64,000 nt of DNA from Mobula hypostoma (lineage: Eukaryota): positions 2,172,001 through 2,236,000 of the forward strand of contig NC_086101.1 of the NCBI RefSeq assembly GCF_963921235.1, read 5' to 3'. Shown piece by piece: positions 27,601-39,600 of the stretch. Numbering within the stretch: position 1 is the first letter of the stretch; every line of letters starts with the position of its first letter. A program made the translations under genes and the position numbers. The notes below the pieces were generated by a model. That model ran no database searches, had not been told where the DNA came from, and saw nothing but the letters and a program-made list of their open reading frames with translations.

Positions 27601-30600
27601 GAAACCGAACTATTGGTCATTGAGTTCTGATGGGTGGTTCAACAGAACCATCTGTCATTGAGAAACCCAACCATCTGTCATTGAGTTTTGATGGGTGGTT
27701 CAATCGAACCATCTGTCATTGAGTTCTGATGGGTGGTTCAATCGAACCAGTTCTGATGGATGGCTTCAACAGAACCATCTGTCATTGAGTAACTGAAGCA
27801 TTTGTCATTGAGTTGGCTGATGGATGGTGGCTGTTGTCATTTCTGCTTTCGAGGCCACAGTGGCCAGAAACACCCATTTCCACTGCTCATTCATCATGAG
27901 TTTCTTTTTTCTCCCAGTCCCTCTCCGTTACTTGCTCAGTTATTTATTCCACTCTGAATGTAGCTGAGTGCTGTCTGAACACACTACAGAATAATCCAGT
28001 GCTCGTTTCCACGCTGGAAGCAGGTGCTGGATTATTCAGCACACGATGTTGTGCCAGTGTTTTGACTGACTCTAAAATTAATCTCCCCCTCCCCTCTCAC
28101 ATCACCCTTTGTTTTTCTTTCGTCCATGTTCTTATCTTCTTAAATGCCCCTAATGTACCTGCCGCTACCATCACCCGGGCAGGGTGTTCCATGCACCAGC
28201 CACTCTGTATTAAAACAACAACTTACCTCGGACATTCGCCCCCCACCCCCCAATACTTTCCCCCAGCACCTTACAATTATGTGGCGTCGTATTAGTCATT
28301 TTCACCCTGGGAAAAAGTCTTTGGCTGCTCACTCGATCTATACCTCTTATCATCCGGTACACCTCTCTCAAGTCCCCTCTCAACCTGCCTCACTCCAAAG
28401 AGTAAATGCCAAGCTTGTTAAACCTACCTGAGAGTCATAGAGAAGTACAGCACAGAAACAGGCCTTTCAGCCCATCTAGTCCTTGCCAAAACCATTCAAA
28501 CTGCCTACTCCCATTGACCTGCTTCAGGACTATCACCCTCCCATATCTCGGCCATCCATGTACCTATCCAAACTTCTCTTAGCGTTGAAATCGAGCTCGC
28601 ATGCACCACTTGTGCTGGCAGTTCATTCCGCACTCTCACCACCCTCTGAGTGAAGAAGTTTCAACTTAAACTTCTCACCTTACACTTTACACTCGTCCTA
28701 CCCAAGTCATTGGTATCCACATGGACCACAATCTCTGGCTGTTCTGTAGGTCCTACCCTTTAACTTGGTACCTGACTCCCTCTGCAGAATCTCGTCACTC
28801 GTCCTACCCATGTCATTGGTACCCACGTTAGCCATGATCTCTGGCTGTTCTGCTTCCTACTGCAGACTCAGTCCAAAGATGTCTTGGATCTCCACCCAGA
28901 TGCAGCACAGAGCGTCACAGGAAGTCACTCCTGCCTGTGGCCATCAAACTTTACAACTCCTCCCTTGGAGGGTCAGACACCCTGAGCCAATAGGCTGGTC
29001 CTGGACTTATTTCATAATTTACATATTACTATTCAACTATTTATGAGTTTATTACTATTTATTATTTATGGTGCAACTGTGACGAAAACCAATTTCCCCC
29101 GGGATCAATAAAGTATGACTATGACTATGATCCTGGCATCTGGGAGGCAATATACCATCTGGGAGTCTCGTTCCCACCCACAGAACCTCCTGTCCATTCT
29201 CCTAACTGATGAATCCCCTCTCACCACAGCTCTCCTCCCCTCCCTTCTGAGTCACAGAGGCAGACTTGGTGCCAGACACCCGACCACTGTGACTTTCCTC
29301 TGTTTGGTCATTTCGCCCTGACAGTATGTAAAGTGGTTTATCTGTTGAGGAAAATGGCCACAGGGCTACACTACACTGGCTCCTTAGCCCCTTTTCCCAT
29401 CCTGACTGTCGCCCAGTTTGCCGTGTCCTGCACCTTGGGTGTAACTAACTCTCTGTATGTCCTGTCTATCACCCCTTCAGCCTCTGAATGATCTGGAGCT
29501 CATCCAGCTCCAGCTCCAGCTCCTCGACACGGTTTGATAGAAGCTGCAGCTGGATGTACTCCTTGCAGTTGTCAGGGACCCTTGAGCTTTTCTCCTTTTC
29601 CAGAGTTCTCTGACTGAAGCCTCTCCTCATGGAAGCCTCGAAGAGCCTAAAGACTCAGGACCACCACTCTATCTCTGTCCACTCATGATGGCCGCTGCAC
29701 TTGCCTCAGCTTCCCTTTAATTTGCTCTCGCTGATCAATCCCAAACACTGACTGGTCGCTGGTTAGGGCTGTACTACGCTGCCGCGATCAGATGCTGCCT
29801 CTTTCTACTTGGTCAAATCTCCTCCTTTCAAATTTCTGATGTCTGAATTGGTCGCGAGTCAAAGCTCAGTTACTTCAGAAAAGATGCTCTCTATTCCTGG
29901 TAAATCTCCTCTGCACCTTCTCTGAAGCTTCCATGTCCTTCCTAATAATGAGCCGACCAGAACTGAGCACTCCCTAAATCTGTCTTCTCCGGCAATGAGG
30001 GTGAACCAGTGGGAGTGCAAAGATGTGCACGGGGGACGTAGCGAATTACTGTGTCCAGTGTTGCTACTCTGACAATGCTGGCTAACCTGAATCACCCCAG
30101 AACACAGACTCAGCAAATTGATCCTGATGAATTATTTCCTCCTCAGTCCGTGACCTGTGACGTACTTAATGGTGCGTAGCAAGCTCTGTATCCCGCTGTT
30201 CCCACGTTGCAGTCACGGCCCTGTCCACCCAGGCTGGAAATCATCGGGGAAGGAAGTGAAGCAGAACCCAGAGCCATTTCTCATTCTGACTCTGAGTGGG
30301 CACCTCCCACAGGTGATGTGTCCTGGCGTTTCCCTGCTCAAAGTACACGCCACTCAGCTCGCTTCAGGTACCCGTCTCCATCTTGCCTCCTGGAGCTGCC
30401 CCGGGCGACGTGTGGTGCTGGAGCTTCTGCTCACTCTGCTGTTTTACCCTTTCCTAGCGACCCTGTGCCTAGTGGACTTGGCAGGCAGTGAGCGCCTGAC
30501 TAAATCGCAGTCGAAAGGTGAACGTCTCCGCGAGGCTCTGGCGATCAACACAAGCCTCTCCTGCCTCGGACGTGTTTTCATGTCGCTCTCCAACAAGGTA

Positions 30601-33600
30601 AGGCACAGCACGACGGTGGGTTGGGTTTGTTTGTGTCTCATCCCCCGGTCCAGTCTGGAGCATTCCCTTCTCCCTTTCCCCTTTCCAAGTGTTCCAGAGG
30701 GTGCAGACCAGTTTCACCAGGATCCAGCGCATGTGCTAAGATGAGGGATTCAGCAAAGCTGGGTTGACTTCTCTGGAGTGGCGGAGGCGAAGGGGGGATC
30801 TGCTGGAGGTTGATAAGATTAAGAGAGACGTAGACAGACGGTATCTTTACCCCAGGGTTGAAATGTCTATTTCCAGAGGGCATGCATTGTAGCTGGGAGG
30901 CAGAATTTCACAGGAGATGTGAGAGGCAAGTGTTTTTACACGGAGTGGTGCGTGCCTGGAATGCGCTGTCTGGGTGGTGGTAGATGCAGAAACAGTAGAG
31001 ACGTTTATGTGTGTGTAGTTTAACTGTATGTGTTGCTCCAGCACCTGTGCCATCTCTTGTGTTTAGACTTTTAAGAGACATTTGGATAAGTACGTGAATG
31101 TGAGGGAGAGGGGTGGATATGGAGTTTGTGTTGGCAGAGGGCCCTTCGATTACTAATTTAATCAGTTCCGCACAACATTGTGGGCCGAAGGTCTGTTCCT
31201 CCACTGTACTGATCTGTGTTTCATGTTCCAAGGTCACAGCAACTCCTTAGCGTAAAGAATATTGTGTGGGAGTTTACCGATCTGTACTGATTATACTCGC
31301 TGTCTGATAGTCTGTGGCTGCCTGGTTAAACTCTGTTTCCAGATCCTGTGCTGTTGCTGCTCGTAGCTATGACAGTGGATGATTGGACGATTCAGCTGGG
31401 CATTTGTGCAAGTGAAGTAGACTGCGGCTGCAGGGACTGACTACTTACAGGAGTGTGGTGTGTTGGGGTCAGCCCCCTGCTCCCTGACACGTTCCCTCCC
31501 TGTGGACCCTTTACCAGGACAGCTCTGGGTGCTGCAGGGACTGACTACTTGCAGGACTGTGGTGTGGTGTGTTGGGGTCAGCCCCCTGCTCCCTGACACG
31601 TTCCCTCCCTGTGGACTCTTTACCAGGACAGCTCTGGGTGCTGCAGGGACTGACTACTTGCAGGACTGTGGTGTGGTGTGTTGGGGTCAGCCCCCTGCTC
31701 CCTGACACGTTCCCTCCCTGTGGACTCTTTACCAGGACAGCTCTGGGTGCTGCAGGGACTGACTACTTACAGGAGTGTGGTGTGTTGGGGTCAGCCCCCT
31801 GCTCCCTGACACGTTCCCTCCCTGTGGACCCTTTACCAGGACAGCTCTGGGTGCTGCAGGGACTGACTACTTGCAGGACTGTGGTGTGGTGTGTTGGGGT
31901 CAGCCCCCTGCTCCCTGACACGTTCCCTCCCTGTGGACTCTTTACCAGGACAGCTCTGGGTGCTGCAGGGACTGACTACTTGCAGGACTGTGGTGTGGTG
32001 TGTTGGGGTCAGCCCCCTGCTCCCTGACACGTTCCCTCCCTGTGGACCCTTTACCAGGACAGCTCTGGGTGCTGCAGGGACTGACTACTTGCAGGACTGT
32101 GGTGTGGTGTGTTGGGGTCAGCCCCCTGCTCCCTGACACGTTCCCTCCCTGTGGACTCTTTACCAGGACAGCTCTGGGTGCTGCAGGGACTGACTACTTG
32201 CAGGACTGTGCTGTGGTGTGTTGGGGTCAGCCCCCTGCTCCCTGACACGTTCCCTCCCTGTGGACCCTTTACCAGGACAGCTCTGGGTGCTGCAGGGACT
32301 GACTACTTGCAGGACTGTGGTGTGGTGTGTTGGGGTCAGCCCCCTGCTCCCTGACACGTTCCCTCCCTGTGGACTCTTTACCAGGACAGCTCTGGGTGCT
32401 GCAGGGACTGACTACTTGCAGGACTGTGCTGTGGTGTGTTGGGGTCAGCCCCCTGCTCCCTGACACGTTCCCTCCCTGTGGACTCTTTACCAGGACAGCT
32501 CTGGGTGCTGGAGGGACTGACTACTTGCAGGACTGTGGTGTGGTGTGTTGGGGTCAGCTCCCTGCTCCCTGACACGTTCCCTCCCTGTGGACTCTTTACC
32601 AGGACAGCTCTGGGTGCTGCAGGGACTGACTACTTGCAGGAGTGTGGTGTGTTGGGGTCAGCCCCCTGCTCCCTGACACGTTCCCTCCCTGTGGACTCTT
32701 TACCAGGACAGCTCTGGGTGCTGCAGGGACTGACTACTTGCAGGACTGTGGTGTGGTGTGTTGGGGTCAGCCCCCTGCTCCCTGACACGTTCCCTCCCTG
32801 TGGACTCTTTACCAGGACAGCTCTGGGTGCTGCAGGGACTGACTACTTGCAGGACTGTGGTGTGGTGTGTTGGGGTCAGCCCCCTGCTCCCTGACACGTT
32901 CCCTCCCTGTGGACTCTTTACCAGGACAGCTCTGGGTGCTGGAGGGACTGACTACTTGCAGGACTGTGGTGTGGTGTGTTGGGGTCAGCCCCCTGCTCCC
33001 TGACACGTTCCCTCCCTGTGGACTCTTTACCAGGACAGCTCTGGGTGCTGCAGGGACTGACTACTTGCAGGAGTGTGGTGTGTTGGGGTCAGCCCCCTGC
33101 TCCCTGACACGTTCCCTCCCTGTGGACTCTTTACCAGGACAGCTCTGGGTGCTGCAGGGACTGACTACTTGCAGGAGTGTGGTGTGTTGGGGTCAGCCCC
33201 CTGCTCCCTGACACGTTCCCTCCCTGTGGACTCTTTACCAGGACAGCTCTGGGTGCTGCAGGGACTGACTACTTGCAGGAGTGTGGTGTGTTGGGGTCAG
33301 CCCCCTGCTCCCTGACACGTTCCCTCCCTGTGGACTCTTTACCAGGACAGCTCTGGGTGCTGGAGGGACTGACTACTTGCAGGACTGTGGTGTGGTGTGT
33401 TCTTCCAGCTGGAGTGTGCTGTCATTAATTTGGTGTGTATTTTGGATGAATGTACTGACACCCCTCCCACTGGTTCTGTTTTCCAGGAGTCGCACATTCC
33501 TTACCGGAGCAGCAAGCTGACATATCTCCTGCAGAACAGTTTGGGAGGCAACTCCAAAGTGTAAGCTGCCCCCCTCTTTGTACCTGTGGCGGCCATGTCC

Positions 33601-36600
33601 CACTGTTGCTGCATATGCTACAAATCCTGCCATTAACCCGCTCTTCAAATTCAGATCTCCAGAGTGAATCACTTCACACTTCTCCAGTTTGAACTCCATT
33701 CTGCCACGTCTCAGCCCAGCTTTACATCCTGTTAATACCCTGTCGTAACCTACGACACCCCTCAACCAACTTTCATGTCATCTACAAATTTGCGAACCCA
33801 TCCTTTCACTTCCTCATCCAAGTCAATAAAAAGGAGCCCCAGAACAAATCCTGTAGAACCCCACTGGTCACAGGCAGCAAGCACTACACCGATACCACCA
33901 TTCTCTGGGCAAACCAATTCTGAATACATGACCAAGTTTCTCTGGGTCCCATGCCTCAGGACTCCCTGAGAACAAAATCCGATTATACCATATCCATGGC
34001 TCTAACTTCACCTCTGGGCGTTACAAATCCTCATGGTGGTGAGATGCAACCTGCAATGCTGGCGATCCTGAATCCTTCCACAAATCCTGGTTAATCTAGT
34101 TTCCAAGAAGAGTTTGCCCACTACTGTCATAAGATTCATTGGTCTATAATTTCCAGGAGTATCTTTATTAAATTTCTTGAACAAAGAACTAACATTTGCC
34201 ACCCTGCGATCATCTGGTACAGTTATATACCATTGTGGCCATTGAGGACGCAAAGTCATTGACAAAGGTTCAGCAATCTCTCCCCATGTTTCCCATGGGA
34301 TATATCCTGTCCAGAACCAGAGACATCTCCCCCCCTCGTTTTCCATGGGGTATGTCCTGTGCAGACTTGGGGACAATAGACAATAGGTGCAGGAGTAGGC
34401 CATTCAGCCCTTCGAGCCAGCACTGCCATTCACTGTGATCATGGCTGATCATCCACAGTCAGTATCCAGTTCCTGCCTTATCCCCATATTCCTTGACTCT
34501 GCTATCATTAAGAGCTCTATCTAACTTTCTTGAAAGCATCCAGAGAATTGGCCTCCAGTGCCTTCTGGGGCAGAGCATTCCATATATCCACCACTCTCTG
34601 GGTGAAAAAGTTTTTCCTCAACTCCGTTCTAAATGGCCTACCCCTCATTCTCAAATTGTGGCCTCTGGTTCTGGATTCCCCCAACATCGGGAACATGTTT
34701 CCTGCCTCTAGCGTGTCCAATCCCTTAATAATCTTATATGTTTCAATCAGATCCCCTCTCATCCTTCTAAATTCCAGTGTATACAAGCCCAGTCGCTCCA
34801 ATCTTTCAACATATGACAGTCCCGCCATCCCGGGAATTAACCTTGTGAACCTACGCTGCACTCCCTCAATAGCAAGAATGTCCTTCCTCAAATTTGGAGA
34901 CCAAAACTGTACACAGTACTCCAGGTGTGGTCTCACCAGGGCCCTGTACAACTGCAGAAGGACCTCTTTGCTCTTGTACTCAATTCCCCTTGTTATGAAG
35001 GCCAGCATGCCATTAGCTTTCTTCACTGCCTGCTGTACCTGTATACTTACTTTCAGTGACTGATGTACAAGAACACCTAGATCTCATTGTACTTCCCCTT
35101 TTCCTAACTTGACTCCATTTAGATAGTAATCTGCCTTCCTGTTCTTGTCACCAAACTGGATAACCTCACATTTACCCACAATAAACTGCATCTGCCCACT
35201 CACCCAACCTGTCCAAGTCATCCTGCATTATCTCAAAATCCTCTGCACATTTCACACTGCCACCCAGCTTTGTGTTATCTGCAAATTTGCTAATGTTACT
35301 TTTGATCCCTTCATCTAAATCATTAATGTATATTGTAAATAGCTGTGGTCCCAGCACTGAGCCTTGCGGTACCCCACTGGTCACCGCCTGCCATTCTGAA
35401 AGGGACCTGTTAATCCCTACTCTTTGTTTCCTGTCTGCCAACCAATTTTCTATCCCTGTCAGTACCCTACCCCCAATACCATGTGCTCCAATTTTGCCCA
35501 CTAATCTCCTATATGGGACTTTATCAAAGGCTTTCTGAAAGTCCAGGTACACTACATTCACTGGCTCTCCCCTGTCCATTTTCATAGTTACATCCTCAAA
35601 AAATTCCAGAAGATTAGTCAAGCACGATTTCCCCTGTGTAAATCCATGCTGACTTGGACCGATCCTGTTACTGCTATCCAGATGTGCTGCTATTTCATCC
35701 TTTATAATTGACTCCAGCATCTTCCCCACCACCGATGTCAGGCTAACTGGTCTATAATTCCTTGTTTTCTCTCTCCCTTTCTTAAAAAGTGGGATAACAT
35801 TAGCTACCCTCCAATCCACAAGAATTGATCCTGAATCTATAGAACATTGGAAAATGATTACCAATGCGTCCATGATTTCTAGAGCCACCTCCTTAAGTAC
35901 CCTGGAGTGCAGACCATCAGGCCCTGGGGATTTATCAGCCTTCAGACCCAACAGTCTATCCAACACCATTTCCTGCCTAATGTGAATCTCCTTCAGTTCC
36001 TCCGTTACCCAGGTCCTCTGGCCACTATTACATCTGGGAGATTGTTTGTGTCTTCCCGATTGAAGACAGATCCAAAGTACCTGTTCAGCTCGTCTGCCAT
36101 TTCTTTGTTCCCCATAATAAATTCACCTGTTTCTCTCTTCAAGGGCCCAATTTTGGTCTTAACTATTTTTTTCCTTTTCACATACCTAAAGAAGCTTTTA
36201 CTATCCTCCATTATATTCTTGGCTAGTTTACCTTCGTATCTCATCTTTTCTCCCCGTATTGCCTTTTTAGTTACCTTCTGTTGCTCTTTAAAAGTTTCCC
36301 AATCCTCTGGCTTCCCACTCATCTTTGCTATGTTATACTTCTTCTCTTTTATTTTTATACTGTCCCTGACTTCCCTTGTCAGCCGCGGTCGCCCCTTACT
36401 CCCCTTAGAATCTTTCTTCCTCTTTGGAATGAACTGATCCTGCAGCTTCCGCATTATTCCCAGAAGTACCTGCCATTGTTCCACTGTCATCCCTGCTAGG
36501 GTATCTTTCCAGTCAACTTTGGCCAGCTCCTCCCTCATGGCTCCATAGTCCTCTTTGTTCAACTGCAATACTGACACTTCCGATATTCCCTTCTCCCTCT

Positions 36601-39600
36601 CAAACTGTAGTTTAAAACTTATCATATTATGGTCACTACCTCCTAATGGCTCCTTTACCTCAAGTTCCCTGATCAAATCCGGTTCATTGCACAATACTAA
36701 ATCCAGAATTGCGTTCTCCCTGGTAGGCTCCATTACAAGCTGTTCTCAGAATCCATCTCGGAGGGACTCCACAAACTCCCTTTCTTGTGATCCAGTACCA
36801 ACCTGATTTCTCCAGTCTACCTGCATGTTGAAATCCCCCATAACAACTGTAGCATTACCTTTGCGACATGCCAATTTTAACTCTTTATTTAACTTACACC
36901 CTACATCCAGACTACTGTTTGGGGCCTGTAGATAACTCCCATTAGGGTCTTTCTACCCTTAGAATTTCTCAGTTCTATCCATACTGACTCTACGTCTCCT
37001 GATTCTATGTCCCCCCTCGCAAGGGACTGAATATCATTCCTCACCAGCAGAGCCACCCCACCCGCTCTGCCCATCCGTCTGTCCTTTCGATAGGACGTAT
37101 ACCCTTGAATATTCATTTCCCAGGCCCTGTCCACTTGAAGCCATGTCTCTGTTATTCCCACAACATCATACTTACCAATTTCCAACTGATCCTCAAGCTC
37201 ATCCACTTTATTTCTTATACTTCGTGCATTCATATACGATACTTTTAATCCATTACTCCCCTCACCTTTCACATCGATTCCTATTGCTCTTGGCCATACT
37301 CTCCGATCTCTTCCTGAGCTTTCTGTCCCGTTAATTCTGTTGTCTTTCTTAACTTTCCTTATTCTCTCTTTCCCTTTAACTCCATCCTTATATTTCCTCT
37401 CCTTCCCCCCCCCCCATTACTTAATTTAAACACACCCGTGTAGCAGTGGCAAACCTGCCTGCCAGAACGCTGGTCCCCCGCCTGTTAAGATGCAACCCGT
37501 CCCTTCTGTACAATTCACCCTTGCCCCAAAACAAATCCCAGTGGTCTAAGAATCTAAATCCCTGCTCCCTGCACCAGCTCCTCAGCCACACATTCAGATC
37601 CCCTATATCCCTCTTCCTGCCCTCACCAGCACGAGGAACTGGAAGCAAACCGGAGATAACTATCCTGGAGGTCCTGCTTTTCAGCCTTCTTCCGAGTTCT
37701 GTGAAGTCACGCTGCAGAATTTCTTTCCTCATCCTCCCGACATCTCTCCCTCTGTCTCCCCAGGGACGTCTATCCAGATGTTTTTCTAAAGTTCCAGCTC
37801 AGACTGTTCTACTCTGTTATTGGTGAATAATATCAAAGTATTCATTAAGGTCCTCTCCTACCTCCTCCAACTGCAGGAACTCGTTTCCTCTTCTATACCT
37901 GACTGGGCTTCCCCTCGCTTTTGTCATCCTGTTCTTCATGTACGTGTAGAACGTCTTGGCATTTTCTTCAATCCAACTTGCCAGTCACTTCTCACATTCC
38001 CTTCTATCTAAATCCTCTGGTCGCCTCACTACAGGAAGGATGTGGAAACCATGGAAAGGATGCAGAGGAGATCTACAAGGATGTTGGCTGGATTGGGGAG
38101 CATGCCTGATTAGAACAGGTTGAGTGAACTTGGTCTTTTCTCCTTGGAGCGACAGAGGGTGAGAGGTGACCTGATAGAGGTGTATAAGATGATGAGAGGC
38201 ATTGATCATGTGGATAGTCGGAAGCTTTTTCCCAGGGCTGAAATGGTTGTCACAAGGGGACACAGGTTTAAGGTGCTGGGGAGTAGGTACAGAGGAGATG
38301 TCAGGGGTAAGTTTTTTACACAGAGAGTGGTGAGTGCGTGGAATGGGCTGCCGGCAACTGTGGTGGAGTTGGATACGACAGGATCTTTTAAGGGACTTTT
38401 AGATAGGTACATGGAGCTTAGTAAAATAGAGGGCTATGGGTAAGCCTAGTAATTTCTAAGGTAGGGACACGTTTCGCGCAACTCTGTGGACCGAAGGGCC
38501 TGTATTCTGTTTGTAGGTTTTCTATGTTTCTGTGCTCTATCTCCATTCTCAAACTCCTTCCTGGCTACATTTTAACTCTCTAAGACCCTGTTCCTAAACT
38601 TCCAAGACCCCGTTCTTGCTTCCTAAACTGTAAGTAAGCTGCTTTCTTCCTTTGACAAGATGGTTGACATCTCTTGCTAACTATGATTCCTTCACCCTAC
38701 CATCCTTTCCCTGTCTCAATAGGAGAAACCTACTCAGAACCCCCTGTAGGTGCTCCCTTAACAACCTGCACATCCATTGTGAGAGCTGTCATAGATCGGG
38801 GGAGTGTTTTGTGGGGCATCAAGCAGGATTTCCTGAGTGGAAACCATTTTAATTCCAGTCCCAGTCTCATTCTGACAAGTCAGACCATGCCCTCCTCGGG
38901 ATGGAGCAGGAACACCTTGTTCTATCTTTTACATTTCTCTCATTTCTAATCATTTCTCCCCTTACTCTTCTCTCTTCTTTCATTCTCCACTTTGGATCAC
39001 GTCTTAGCTCCTCTCCTCACCTGTCTATCACCTCCCTCTGGTGCTCGTCTTCCTTCAGTCCCTCCCGTGGTCCACTATCCTCTCCTATCGGATTCCTCCT
39101 CCTGTTGCCCCCCCCAGCTTTTTACTCCATCCCCCTTCTCCACCCACCTGTCTCCTAGTTTGTCCTCCTTCCCCCCCACCCCCTTCTTATTCTGGCTCTG
39201 CCCCCTTCCTTTCCAGTCCTGATGAAATAAACTATCCCAAAACATCAACTATTGATTCATTTCCATGGGTGCTGCCTGACCTGCTGAGTTCCTCCAGCAT
39301 TTTGTGTGTGTTGCTGTGAACCCCCACATTTCCCTGGGTGCACCTTTTCCCAATTTATGCTCCCAGGCTCCTGTCTAACAACATGATAATATCCCCATGC
39401 CAATGAAATACTTCCCCATACCATCGGCTCCTATCCCTCTCCAATCCTCAGTGAGTTGCGCCCACCGAGAGTTCGGATGTCCCACGTGCCTCATTGCTTG
39501 GTACCAGGTGCAGAATGGCCTCTCCTCTCGTCGGCCTGTCTACGTATTGTGTCAGGAGTCCTAACAAACTCTGCCCCATCTGAACCTTTGCCGCCAAGGA

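Noticed and set aside
27163..27830. CRISPR-like array of palindromic repeats
   Set aside because: No unique spacers, no cas genes, and it sits in a vertebrate intron.
31460..33428. Repeated 65-152 aa ORFs as a tandem gene array
   Set aside because: They recur at the 109-bp period, which is not a multiple of 3, with no gene structure.
34530..36437. Long plus-strand ORFs (177, 88, 176 aa)
   Set aside because: Antisense shadows of CR1 ORF2, repeated at other CR1 copies.
34373..37745. Active autonomous LINE or domesticated RT gene
   Set aside because: ORF2 is broken into four ORFs, catalytic ADD reads ADN, and the 5' end is missing.
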